Below are positions 1 to 8,929 of a stretch of 59,357 bases of DNA, piece after piece; position 1 is the first letter of the stretch, and every line of letters begins with the position of its first letter. This DNA comes from an uncultured Ignavibacteriaceae bacterium. GTDB taxonomy: Bacteria; Zixibacteria; MSB-5A5; GN15; PGXB01. The stretch spans positions 23,565-82,921 of the forward strand of contig CAZMWI010000001.1 in NCBI GenBank assembly GCA_964569945.1. The letters are read 5' to 3'. A program made the translations under genes and the position numbers. The notes below the pieces were generated by a model, which saw nothing but the letters and a program-made list of their open reading frames with translations, ran no database searches and had not been told where the DNA came from.

Positions 1-417
1 CAGGCGGTTTTGTATATACAGCTCCAGGCTTTGTTTGTCGGGGCGCTGCTGGTGATCGTCTACGCCGGGGCAATTCTGGTGCTGTTTTTGTTTGTCATCA
101 TGCTTTTGAATCTCAGGGGAGAGAAGTTCGGGCACGAACGCAGTAAAGTCAGCCTGGCGACCAAGCTGGTCTTTTCCTTCCTGATGATTGTCGAGCTGGC
201 GGCGATCGCACATTCGGCTTCGAATTCAACGGGCTTGTCGGGTACGACTGAAACGCTAAGCCCCGGTTTCGGGAGTGTCCCGCCGGTGGCGGAACTGCTG
301 TATACAAAGTACCTGTTTCCGTTCGAACTGACTTCAATATTGCTGCTGGTTGCGGTAGTCGGTGCCGTCATGATGGCACGGCGCGATAAAATCGACAGAG
401 AAAAGGACGTGGTATGA
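1..417 (+). CDS. nuoJ: NADH-quinone oxidoreductase subunit J, C-terminal part (5' end lies outside the window)
   Basis: The frame is open from base 1. The hydrophobic VYAGAILVLFLFVIMLLN segment is typical of NuoJ/ND6. The stop overlaps the nuoK start (ATGA), and nuoK-L-M-N follow in order. Confidence 0.85.
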   Translation, partial: QAVLYIQLQALFVGALLVIVYAGAILVLFLFVIMLLNLRGEKFGHERSKVSLATKLVFSFLMIVELAAIAHSASNSTGLSGTTETLSPGFGSVPPVAELLYTKYLFPFELTSILLLVAVVGAVMMARRDKIDREKDVV

Positions 418-716
418 TCCCGGTTACTCATTATCTGATATTGAGCGCGATGCTGTTCGTGATCGGCGTCTCCGGTGTCATCATTTCGCGGAATTTGATT
501 GTGATGTTCATGTCTATCGAACTGATGCTCAACGCAGGCAACCTGGCGATTATAGCTTTTTCGCGGTCATTGAATCTCATGGACGGGCACGTTTTCGTCT
601 TTTTGATTCTGGCCGTGGCGGCGGCCGAAGCCGCGGTCGGGCTGGCCATTATTATTGCACTGTTCAGAAACCGGGAGTCGATCAACGCTGATACGTTCAG
701 CTTGTTGAAAAGGTAA
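414..716 (+). CDS. nuoK: NADH-quinone oxidoreductase subunit K
   Basis: A 100-aa, three-TM protein with the conserved LMLNAGNL and AAAEAAVGLAI motifs of NuoK/ND4L. It sits between nuoJ and nuoL. Confidence 0.93.
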   Translation: MIPVTHYLILSAMLFVIGVSGVIISRNLIVMFMSIELMLNAGNLAIIAFSRSLNLMDGHVFVFLILAVAAAEAAVGLAIIIALFRNRESINADTFSLLKR

Positions 717-721
717 GGCGC

Positions 722-2659
722 ATGGATCATTCGTTATATCTGATCATTTTGTTTCCGTTGGTGGGATTCCTGCTCAACGGGCTTTTGCTCGGTCGCCTTA
801 ACAAGAAATTGATTTCCCTTATAGGTTGCGGATCGGTCGGCCTGTCCTTTCTGTGGGGTCTGAAGACGTTTTTTAATATTCTGGCCGTACCGGAAACAGA
901 GCGGCTTTTCAAGGAAGTGCTTTTCACGTGGATTCCGGCCGGCGTTTTCAATGTTAATTTCGGTTTGATGTTCGACCCGTTGTCGGCGGTGATGGTGCTG
1001 GTGGTCAGCGGCGTCGGATTTTTGATTCATGTCTATTCGATCGGCTATATGCACGATGATCCGGGCTATGGCCGGTATTTCACATATCTTAATCTGTTCG
1101 TGTTTTCCATGCTGACCTTGGTTCTGGCCGATAATTATCTCCTGATGTTTGTCGGTTGGGAGGGGGTCGGGCTTTGCAGCTACCTGCTGATCGGTTTCTG
1201 GTTTGAAAAGAAATCGGCATCCGATGCCGGGAAGAAGGCATTCATCGTCAACCGTATCGGTGATTTCGGATTTATACTGGGCCTGTTCATTATATTCTGG
1301 CAGGTGGGATCCCTCGATTTCACAACCGTATTCGAAAGAGCGCCTCATATATTCGTGGCCGGAGGAAGCCTGATTACGGCGGCGACCCTGCTTCTGTTCC
1401 TCGGTGCGACCGGTAAGTCTGCCCAGATACCACTTTTTGTCTGGCTGCCCGACGCTATGGAAGGCCCGACGCCGGTGTCGGCGCTCATACACGCGGCGAC
1501 AATGGTCACGGCCGGGGTGTATATGATAGTCAGGTCGAACGTGCTGTACTTAATGGCACCGACGACGCTGGCGGTGGTTGCGATAATAGGCACGGCTACG
1601 GCACTTATGGCGGCGACAATCGCCCTGACTCAAAACGATATAAAGAGAGTGCTGGCTTATAGTACGGTCAGTCAACTTGGATATATGTTTGTCGCCTGCG
1701 GCGTAGCGGCGTTCTCGGCGGGGATTTTCCACCTGATGACCCACGCCTTTTTCAAAGCTCTGCTGTTTTTGGGTTCGGGTTCGGTAATACACGCCATGGC
1801 CGGGCAGCAGGATATGCGTTATATGGGCGGGCTCAAAAAGCCGATGAAAACCACTTTCATAACGTTTCTGTTCGCGACGCTGGCCATCTCCGGGATCCCG
1901 GGCTTGTCGGGATTCTTCTCCAAAGACGAAATTTTGTGGAAGTCGTTTTCGTCGGATTACGGCTCGCCGGTAATTTGGGCGATAGGCTTATTCACGGCTC
2001 TGTTAACGGCGTTTTACATGTTCCGGCTGGTGTACCTTACGTTCTACGGCGAACCGCGAATGGACGAGGAAACGAAACACCACCTGCACGAATCCCCTAA
2101 AGTAATGACGGTGCCGCTGTCAATTTTGGCGGTCCTTTCGATTATCGGCGGATGGGTCGGTATACCGCACGTGCTGGGCGGGGACAACCGCTTCGAAAGA
2201 TTCCTGGAGCCCGTGATAGGTTCGATGAATTCCGGTGGCGGTGAACACGCGCTGGCTTCGGCCGGAACCGATACGGGCACGGAAATGGTCTTAATGATCG
2301 GTTCAGTCGTCCTGATTCTTATATCCATATATGCCGCTTATTATCTGTATTTGAAAAACATCGCGGTGGTCGGGAAGATCAGGAAAGCCCTGTCGGGATT
2401 GCATAAAATTTTATTGAATAAGTACTATGTCGATGAAATATACGGCGCAACCGTAGTCCGGCCGCTGGTTAACGGATCGATCTTCCTTTGGAAAATAATC
2501 GACGTTTTGATAATCGATGGTATCGCCAACGGACTGGCGGCGCTAATTGGATTCGTCTCCAGCGACGTGCGGGGGATGCAGACCGGTAATTTGAGAACGT
2601 ACGTTACCGTATTTCTGGGCGGTGCGATTGTGCTTATCGGGTATTTTATTTTGAGATAA
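722..2659 (+). CDS. nuoL: NADH-quinone oxidoreductase subunit L
   Basis: A 645-aa polytopic membrane protein with Mrp-antiporter-like motifs (WEGVGLCSYLLIGFW, GKSAQIPLFVWLPDAMEGPTPVSALIHAATMV). Its length and C-terminal extension are typical of NuoL. Confidence 0.95.
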   Translation: MDHSLYLIILFPLVGFLLNGLLLGRLNKKLISLIGCGSVGLSFLWGLKTFFNILAVPETERLFKEVLFTWIPAGVFNVNFGLMFDPLSAVMVLVVSGVGFLIHVYSIGYMHDDPGYGRYFTYLNLFVFSMLTLVLADNYLLMFVGWEGVGLCSYLLIGFWFEKKSASDAGKKAFIVNRIGDFGFILGLFIIFWQVGSLDFTTVFERAPHIFVAGGSLITAATLLLFLGATGKSAQIPLFVWLPDAMEGPTPVSALIHAATMVTAGVYMIVRSNVLYLMAPTTLAVVAIIGTATALMAATIALTQNDIKRVLAYSTVSQLGYMFVACGVAAFSAGIFHLMTHAFFKALLFLGSGSVIHAMAGQQDMRYMGGLKKPMKTTFITFLFATLAISGIPGLSGFFSKDEILWKSFSSDYGSPVIWAIGLFTALLTAFYMFRLVYLTFYGEPRMDEETKHHLHESPKVMTVPLSILAVLSIIGGWVGIPHVLGGDNRFERFLEPVIGSMNSGGGEHALASAGTDTGTEMVLMIGSVVLILISIYAAYYLYLKNIAVVGKIRKALSGLHKILLNKYYVDEIYGATVVRPLVNGSIFLWKIIDVLIIDGIANGLAALIGFVSSDVRGMQTGNLRTYVTVFLGGAIVLIGYFILR

Positions 2660-2660
2660 T

Positions 2661-4241
2661 ATGGAACAACAGATATTGACATTGGTGACCTTTTTCCCGC
2701 TTGTGGGCGTAATATTGCTACTATTCGTGCCGCGTGAGCGGGCCGACACCGTCAAGGCGGTGGCTCTTATTATAGCATTCATTACGTTTTTATGGTCGCT
2801 GTGGATGTATGCCATGTTCGAGCCGATCGCCAACGGCATGCAGTTCGAGGTCAATGTCCCGTGGATAGCCGCGTTTGGCATACACTACCATCTCGGCATC
2901 GACGGCATCTCTCTGTTGCTGATAATGCTGACGACAATTTTGACCGTCATCGCCCTGATTTCATCGTGGACGTCAGTGCAGACGTCGGTCAAAGGGTACT
3001 ATATATCGCTGCTATTGCTTGAAACCGGCATGATCGGTGTGTTCGTCGCCCTCGATCTGTTCCTGTTTTACGTTTTCTGGGAAGCGATGCTTGTCCCGAT
3101 GTATTTCATTATCGGGGTCTGGGGCGGTCCGAGAAAACTGTATGCCGCGATCAAGTTCGTGCTGTTCACCATGTTCGGTTCCTTGCTGATGCTGGTGGCG
3201 CTTTTATACCTGTTCTTTATGTACCACGGCTATTCCGGTGAGTATTCGTTCGACCTGTTGAAATTGTATCAAATGCCGATTCCGCTCGGCGCTCAAACAT
3301 ATATGTTCCTGGCTTTTGCACTGGCTTTCGCAATCAAAGTGCCGATCTGGCCGTTCCATACCTGGCTGCCGGACGCTCACGTCCAGGCGCCGACCGCCGG
3401 TTCGGTCATACTGGCCGGTGTTTTGCTGAAGATGGGCACGTACGGTTTCGTGCGTATCTGCCTGCCGATGTTTCCGGAAGCGACCCTGCAGTTCGTTCCG
3501 TTCATATCCATACTGGCATTGATAGGCATCATATACGGCGCGCTGGTGGCGATGGTACAAAGAGACGTCAAATCGCTGGTAGCGTTTTCGTCGGTGTCAC
3601 ATTTGGGATTTGTCATGCTCGGGATGATGGCGCTGAACGTGCAGGGACTGGAAGGTTCGGTCATACAAATGATCAACCACGGTATTTCAACCGGTGCGCT
3701 GTTCCTGATAGTCGGCATGATCTATGAGCGCAGGCATACGCGGCTGATCGCCGATTTTGGAGGATTGTCGAAATCTATGCCGGTGTTTTCGACCTATTTC
3801 ATGATCGTGGCGCTGTCGTCGATCGGTCTTCCTCTGACCAACGGCTTTGTGGGCGAATTTCTAATCCTGCTGGGCACGTACAAAGCCAATCCAACCTATG
3901 CCATTATCGGGGCGTCGGGGGTCATACTGGCGGCGTGTTATATGCTCTGGATGTTGCAGCGCGTTATTTTCGGAAAAGTGACCAACCCGGCCAATGAAAA
4001 TGTCAAAGATTTAAATATGCGTGAACGATTGATTCTAATCCCGCTGGTCATACTGATTTTCTGGATCGGTGTTTACCCGAAGCCGTTTTTCGATCGTATA
4101 GAGCCGGCGGTTAAGAATCTCGTAACGATGGTACATAAATCCGACAGTAGTATGAATCTGTCTGAATCACACAAGCCCGACAACGTAGAATGTTCACCCG
4201 ACGGGAAAATTTGTGTGATAAAGAAGAAAGCGAGTAACTGA
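2661..4241 (+). CDS. nuoM: NADH-quinone oxidoreductase subunit M, with an extra Cys-containing C-terminal tail of about 35 aa
   Basis: A 526-aa protein with the NuoM/ND4 motifs FAIKVPIWPFHTWLPDAHVQAPTAGSVILAGVLLKMG. The tail HKSDSS...ECSPDGKICVIKKKASN lies beyond the usual end of the family. Confidence 0.93.
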   Translation: MEQQILTLVTFFPLVGVILLLFVPRERADTVKAVALIIAFITFLWSLWMYAMFEPIANGMQFEVNVPWIAAFGIHYHLGIDGISLLLIMLTTILTVIALISSWTSVQTSVKGYYISLLLLETGMIGVFVALDLFLFYVFWEAMLVPMYFIIGVWGGPRKLYAAIKFVLFTMFGSLLMLVALLYLFFMYHGYSGEYSFDLLKLYQMPIPLGAQTYMFLAFALAFAIKVPIWPFHTWLPDAHVQAPTAGSVILAGVLLKMGTYGFVRICLPMFPEATLQFVPFISILALIGIIYGALVAMVQRDVKSLVAFSSVSHLGFVMLGMMALNVQGLEGSVIQMINHGISTGALFLIVGMIYERRHTRLIADFGGLSKSMPVFSTYFMIVALSSIGLPLTNGFVGEFLILLGTYKANPTYAIIGASGVILAACYMLWMLQRVIFGKVTNPANENVKDLNMRERLILIPLVILIFWIGVYPKPFFDRIEPAVKNLVTMVHKSDSSMNLSESHKPDNVECSPDGKICVIKKKASN

Positions 4242-4453
4242 TGCCCGATGTGACGATTTATACCAAGCCCGGCTGTCCGTACTGCGCGGCGGCCAGGGAG
4301 CATTATCGAGACATCGGAGTGGACTATAAGGAAATCGATGTTTATACCGTCAAAGGCGCCAAAGACGAGGCGATCCGGCTCGCCGGTGGCAAGTCTATCG
4401 TGCCGGTCATTGTCGAAGACGGCAAGGTGCAAATCGGTTTCGGCGGAGGCTGA
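4241..4453 (+). CDS. Glutaredoxin-like thioredoxin-fold protein (CPYC). Possibly a selenoprotein extending to 4462 if TGA 4451-4453 is read as Sec.
   Basis: The 70-aa sequence MPDVTIYTKPGCPYCAAAREHY...VPVIVEDGKVQIGFGGG has a glutaredoxin/NrdH-like layout. The ATG overlaps the nuoM TGA (TGATG). Downstream reads TGA GGG ATT TAA. Confidence 0.85.
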   Translation: MPDVTIYTKPGCPYCAAAREHYRDIGVDYKEIDVYTVKGAKDEAIRLAGGKSIVPVIVEDGKVQIGFGGG

Positions 4454-4464
4454 GGGATTTAATA

Positions 4465-4495
4465 GGTTTGGCGTCAGTTTGACGTCGTAATAACC
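4465..4495 (+). other. Hairpin immediately 3' of the grx-like TGA. Candidate bacterial SECIS element, or alternatively an intercistronic stem-loop.
   Basis: Lower stem GGTT (4465-4468) pairs with AACC (4492-4495). After an asymmetric internal loop, the upper 7-bp stem GGCGTCA (4470-4476) pairs with TGACGTC (4480-4486) with one G.U pair. The apical loop is GTT (4477-4479). The structure starts 11 nt after the TGA. Confidence 0.4.
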
Positions 4496-4505
4496 GGGAA
4501 AAGCT

Positions 4506-5951
4506 ATGGATATCAGATCTGCGGCAATTGATTTTGGTTTACTGACACCCCATTTGATAATCATCATTGCGGGGATGGCTATTCTTCTGCTCGGCAATAT
4601 GATTCGCAGCCGGGGATTGATGGCGGTACTGTCGGTCGGGGCCATGGTGATCGGACTGATTTATGCCGTCATGCAATGGGCCATGCCTCAGTCGGGCTTT
4701 TACGGGATGGTCGTTGTCGATAATTTCTCGGTCTTTTTCAGCATGATATTCATTATGACCGGGATTATCACCATATTGATGTCGCGGGATTACCTGATCG
4801 CCAAAGGTATCGAGAGTCATGAATATTATGTCATGATACTTTTCGCGACGGTCGGCATGATGCTGATGGCATCGAGCACCGATCTGCTGGTGATATTTAT
4901 TGGGCTTGAAATAATGTCGGTACCGCTGTACGTGATGGCCGGTCTGGCGCGGCACAGCAATTTGTCCAACGAATCGGGCGTGAAGTATTTCATCATGGGT
5001 GCTTTCGCCAGCGGATTTCTCGTCTACGGTATCGCGCTGATTTATGGTGCCACCGGGACAACCGATCTGCGGCGTATCCTGGCCGATTTCGCTTTCTTCA
5101 AAACGCAATCGCAAATGCTGCTGTATTCGGGAGCCATAATGGTTCTCGCGGCCTTTTCGTTCAAGGTGGCGGCGGTGCCGTTCCATATGTGGGTTCCGGA
5201 CGTCTATGAGGGTGCACCGACGCCGGTTACGGGATATTTCTCGGTCGGACCGAAGGCGGCCGGTTTCGCGGCTTTGCTGAGAATTTTTATATTCGGATTC
5301 GGTCAGTTTACCGACCTCACCACGGTTTTCTGGATACTGGCCGTACTTACCATGACAATCGGAAACATCCTCGCGATTTTCCAAAATAACATCAAAAGAA
5401 TGCTGGCGTATTCCTCGATCGCTCATGCCGGATATATACTGGTCGCCCTGACGACCGGCGGACAGGGAGCAGTCTCGTCGGCGGTGTACTATCTGGCGGC
5501 GTACATGTTCTTCAACCTCGGCGGCTTCGCCATCATCACATTGATCGATAGCCGGACCGGGGGCAACAATCAGATCGATGATATCAAAGGACTGTCCGGC
5601 AAACATCCGTTTCTGGCGGCGATTCTTACGCTGTTCATGTTCGCACTGGCGGGCTTTCCGCCGACGGCCGGCTTTATGGGCAAGTTCTTTATATTTTCGC
5701 AGGCGGTCAAAAGCGGTTTTATCTGGCTGACTATAATAGCAGTGCTCAACAGTTTGATTTCGGTGTACTATTATTTAAGAGTCGTGGTCGCGGCGTTCTT
5801 CATGAAACCGGACAAGGAGTTCGCGCCGGTATCGTATAAGCCCGGTATTATTCTGGTACTATTGATTACCGTTGCGGGGACTCTGGCGCTGGGTGTTATC
5901 CCGCAGTTCTGGCTTGGGTTGGCCAAGCTTGCTACATTTTCTGTCATTTAA
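4506..5951 (+). CDS. nuoN: NADH-quinone oxidoreductase subunit N
   Basis: A 481-aa polytopic protein with NuoN/ND2 motifs (FKVAAVPFHMWVPDVYEGAPTPVTGYF, KRMLAYSSIAHAGY). It is the last gene of the nuo cluster. Confidence 0.93.
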   Translation: MDIRSAAIDFGLLTPHLIIIIAGMAILLLGNMIRSRGLMAVLSVGAMVIGLIYAVMQWAMPQSGFYGMVVVDNFSVFFSMIFIMTGIITILMSRDYLIAKGIESHEYYVMILFATVGMMLMASSTDLLVIFIGLEIMSVPLYVMAGLARHSNLSNESGVKYFIMGAFASGFLVYGIALIYGATGTTDLRRILADFAFFKTQSQMLLYSGAIMVLAAFSFKVAAVPFHMWVPDVYEGAPTPVTGYFSVGPKAAGFAALLRIFIFGFGQFTDLTTVFWILAVLTMTIGNILAIFQNNIKRMLAYSSIAHAGYILVALTTGGQGAVSSAVYYLAAYMFFNLGGFAIITLIDSRTGGNNQIDDIKGLSGKHPFLAAILTLFMFALAGFPPTAGFMGKFFIFSQAVKSGFIWLTIIAVLNSLISVYYYLRVVVAAFFMKPDKEFAPVSYKPGIILVLLITVAGTLALGVIPQFWLGLAKLATFSVI

Positions 5952-5967
5952 TCCCGCTTAAAAGTAT

Positions 5968-6001
5968 AAAAAAACACCTCGCAGATACGCGGCGTTTTTT
6001 T
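5968..6001. terminator. Probable bidirectional intrinsic terminator between convergent nuoN and the S8 protease gene
   Basis: A7 run (5968-5974), an imperfect GC stem CCTCGC (5977-5982) pairing with GCGGCG (5989-5994), loop AGATAC, then a T7 run (5995-6001). The A/T runs flank the stem on both strands. Confidence 0.45.
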
Positions 6002-6018
6002 GTACTTTGCTGTTGTTA

Positions 6019-8751
6019 TCAGGGGATGAAAAAGCAGGGATCATCACCTTCACCATATATAGTGTCTATCAGGTATAGTATATCAAGCAGGTTGAGAGTA
6101 CCATCGCAGTTGACGTCGCCCATTGCAGGCGGTGTCGGGTCCGGGCCGTCCCCGTATATGGCGTCGATCAGGAACAGAATATCAATCAGGTTAAGCGTGC
6201 CGGAATAATCAACGTCGCCGGACATAATCGGGTTGATCGCATTGTTTCCGAACCGTACCGCCGACCCATCGGTGACTATATGGCCCGACGGTATGCCGGC
6301 CTGTACGAAATCCTCGAACCTGCATGGTCCGCCGCTCAGGCCTATTAATGCGGTCGAGGCCAGGCCGGAGATGCCGACCGATTGGAACTGAGCGTTTATA
6401 TCTCCGTCGCTCGTAAGTATAACCTCGAAGGACGTCAGGGTGTCCAGTGAATTATTGAAGTTGCCCATTTGATACCAGAGAATGATAACGGAATCATTGG
6501 TCGGGCTGTTGTAACGATAGATATCGCCATGCCCGGTGCTGAGTTCCGCCGCTTCGATCACGAGGTCGTTCCAGAATACCGGGATAAAAGTCTGGAATGG
6601 AGTATCATCAAGGGAGAACCCGGAGTAATAACCGTTGGAGTTTACTTCGGCATCGGTGAACGATATGGCCCCGTTGACGCCGATATAAACCTGGTTGTAT
6701 GTCTGACCGTAATAGTTGAAATCAAAGGGCAGGGGGTATGGTCCAGCGGTGCCGTCGTCGAGGCGGGCGGAATAGTCATAGGAATTGTAGTATTGAGTAC
6801 GTGGGATAATACCCCCGATAGTCGTAATGTCTATCCAGTTGTACTGTGGGCCGTCGACGTCATTATTATCGGTTGCAGTATACGTGGTGTCCTCGGTGCA
6901 CGGCACGGTGAAAAATACCGGCAGATATGCGAGCGAATCGAGCGATCCACCCGATGGGCCCCAGGATATTTCGATAATTCCCTTGTGTCTGGCAAAACCT
7001 TCTGGAAATCCAGACGCGTCGATAGTTATACCAAGGTCGACCGAATCCGAAGCCGCGATCTGTCCCGACAGGGGAGACGCGCCCAGCCAGCTTGAGGATT
7101 TGGCCAGGCTGTCCGGAATATTAATCGTGAAATCGAGCGGGTTCGAGCCAGAGCCGTTGTGCAGCCAGGCAGTCAGGTTGTTCACCGATTCGGCCACCAC
7201 CGCCGTATCGAAATAGATCGGCGTTACGGATAGCGACGGGGGAGGAGCGATCGTTGCGAATGCGGCCTGCAAGTCGGGCCGGGGGCCTATGTGCTGGGTT
7301 ATATTGAACTGCTGAGGGGAGCCGGTTGCTATCAGAACGTCGCGTAAGTAATCCGCGCCGGCCGGAACACCGTAGGCGTTTTTATAATATCCCTGAAGGC
7401 AGGTAGCCGCACCCATCACAATCGGCGATGCGCCCGAGGTGCCGGCGAATTCCGCCGTATATTCCTGATTGGGATCGCCGCCGCCGTCGAATAAAGAGCC
7501 GTAACCGGTCGTGTAAATCTCTTCGCCCTGTCCCTGAAGATTGACTCTTTCACCATAATTCGACCAGCTCATGCGAGAGCGATCAATTCCCGACGTGCCC
7601 GTGGGCGGAGCCCCGCCGCCGACCATTATGGCGTGGGAATTGCGATACGTCGTATCGAACAGCTGGCCATAAAGATGCGCGTCAAGGTCTTCGGCGCCGT
7701 TGCCGGCCGGTTCGATAACTATCATTCCGGCCGCCCAGGCGTATTGATAAGCATCGAATACATCCTGCCAGTATTCCATGCAGACATAGCCAAGCTGGTC
7801 TTGTCTTACCTGGAAATTATACCTCGGACCCGGCGCGTGCAGCTCTATCAGCATCAGGTCGCCCGGCTGCATATGGTCGAGGGCCAGAAAGACACCGGCG
7901 GCTATGCTCATCGCCGTAACCGAAATCAAACCAAGGTCGGCACCAGGACAAATTCCGGTCACACCATAGCCGTTGTCTCCGGCGATCATTTCGCCGATGA
8001 CGGCTGTTCCGTGCTGGCCGTAACTTCCCCCTTCGGGCGTTATGACTGCCCCGACGGCCTTGTCGAGGTCTTCATGGTTTTCGGTCCATGCGTATTCAAT
8101 GTCGATTATTTTAACCCCTGTACCGTCACCGCCCGGTTGAGAGTTGGCATACACGGCATCGATTCCGTCGGGAGCAGTATACAGGTAGTATTGGTTCGGT
8201 TCAAAATCGGGCGTCGGCGGAGCGATATCCCCGGCCTCTTCCGGGACTGGCTGAGGGTAAGCGATTTCTACCATATCAAGTTGATTTAAATCATTGACCA
8301 GTTTTTCGGCCTCGGCCGAACCGGAAACATCTATTGTATAATACAAACTGAAATCGGCCAACTCGCGGCCCGATGACGCTTCAAGTGACGCTTTAAGATT
8401 CTTGAGGAACTTATTGGGTCTGTTGATTAACGGTTTCTTGAAATCTTTCGCCGATGAGCCCAAGGCGCTTCTTAATTGCGTCAGATCAGATTTATTCGCC
8501 GCAGAAACGAATTCATTCCCGCTGAGCTGTATGTCAAGACCTTCTTTGAATTTCACTATGACTTTCGATGTATTGGCCTCGGACGAGACGCTTATATTTG
8601 AAGGTTTGTCGGGGACGCGCCGCGCCTTCAGATGATCCGGTGTGATGGGTTTATTGTCCGCATGAAATGTCATGGCCGGGGCGGAAACCGCCGCCATAAA
8701 TATTAAAGACAATATCAAAGATATCAGTCGTGGCAGATTTTTGGCTGTCAA
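6019..8751 (-). CDS. Secreted subtilisin-like (S8) serine protease with a large beta-rich middle region and a C-terminal dockerin
   Basis: The N-terminal signal peptide is LISLILSLIFMAAVSAPA. Catalytic motifs are VKIIDIE (Asp), HGTAVIGEM (His) and GTSGASPIV (Ser). A propeptide-like VIVKFKEG segment is present. The C-terminus carries two dockerin repeats. Confidence 0.9.
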   Translation of the reverse strand: MTAKNLPRLISLILSLIFMAAVSAPAMTFHADNKPITPDHLKARRVPDKPSNISVSSEANTSKVIVKFKEGLDIQLSGNEFVSAANKSDLTQLRSALGSSAKDFKKPLINRPNKFLKNLKASLEASSGRELADFSLYYTIDVSGSAEAEKLVNDLNQLDMVEIAYPQPVPEEAGDIAPPTPDFEPNQYYLYTAPDGIDAVYANSQPGGDGTGVKIIDIEYAWTENHEDLDKAVGAVITPEGGSYGQHGTAVIGEMIAGDNGYGVTGICPGADLGLISVTAMSIAAGVFLALDHMQPGDLMLIELHAPGPRYNFQVRQDQLGYVCMEYWQDVFDAYQYAWAAGMIVIEPAGNGAEDLDAHLYGQLFDTTYRNSHAIMVGGGAPPTGTSGIDRSRMSWSNYGERVNLQGQGEEIYTTGYGSLFDGGGDPNQEYTAEFAGTSGASPIVMGAATCLQGYYKNAYGVPAGADYLRDVLIATGSPQQFNITQHIGPRPDLQAAFATIAPPPSLSVTPIYFDTAVVAESVNNLTAWLHNGSGSNPLDFTINIPDSLAKSSSWLGASPLSGQIAASDSVDLGITIDASGFPEGFARHKGIIEISWGPSGGSLDSLAYLPVFFTVPCTEDTTYTATDNNDVDGPQYNWIDITTIGGIIPRTQYYNSYDYSARLDDGTAGPYPLPFDFNYYGQTYNQVYIGVNGAISFTDAEVNSNGYYSGFSLDDTPFQTFIPVFWNDLVIEAAELSTGHGDIYRYNSPTNDSVIILWYQMGNFNNSLDTLTSFEVILTSDGDINAQFQSVGISGLASTALIGLSGGPCRFEDFVQAGIPSGHIVTDGSAVRFGNNAINPIMSGDVDYSGTLNLIDILFLIDAIYGDGPDPTPPAMGDVNCDGTLNLLDILYLIDTIYGEGDDPCFFIP
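6040..6219 (-). other. Dockerin type-I-like module (two Ca-binding repeats) at the C-terminus of the S8 protease
   Basis: The duplicated EF-hand-like segments GDVDYSGTLNLIDILFLIDAIYG and GDVNCDGTLNLLDILYLIDTIYG are characteristic of dockerins. Confidence 0.8.
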
Positions 8752-8838
8752 AGTTTTGTCCTCCGGGTCTGTAATTATTTACGGCAAGACGGCGGTAATA
8801 CTTAACAGTAATAGAGGGTTAGTAAGTCACTCTGATTA

Positions 8839-8866
8839 AAAATACGATTGTTTTAAATATTGTCAA
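8839..8866 (-). promoter_or_regulatory. Candidate sigma70-type promoter for the S8 protease gene
   Basis: On the minus strand: TTGACA (8866-8861), 16-nt spacer, TATTTT (8844-8839). This is about 90 nt upstream of the ATG at 8751. Pattern match only. Confidence 0.3.
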
Positions 8867-8929
8867 GAAGGCAATATCGGTAGAGTGTTAAGGCGTTGAA
8901 TATTAATGCGGCAGGGCGATTATATGAAG

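Noticed and set aside
734-1492. A 252-aa ORF antisense to nuoL
   Set aside because: Same reasoning as above. The composition (Arg/His/Gln/Glu-rich) is unlike a real protein, and the nuoL frame carries clear conserved motifs.
4539-5606. A 355-aa ORF antisense to nuoN
   Set aside because: It is Arg/His/Gly/Asp-rich with no membrane or domain features, and it lies entirely opposite a well-supported nuoN frame. This is typical of a stop-poor antisense frame.
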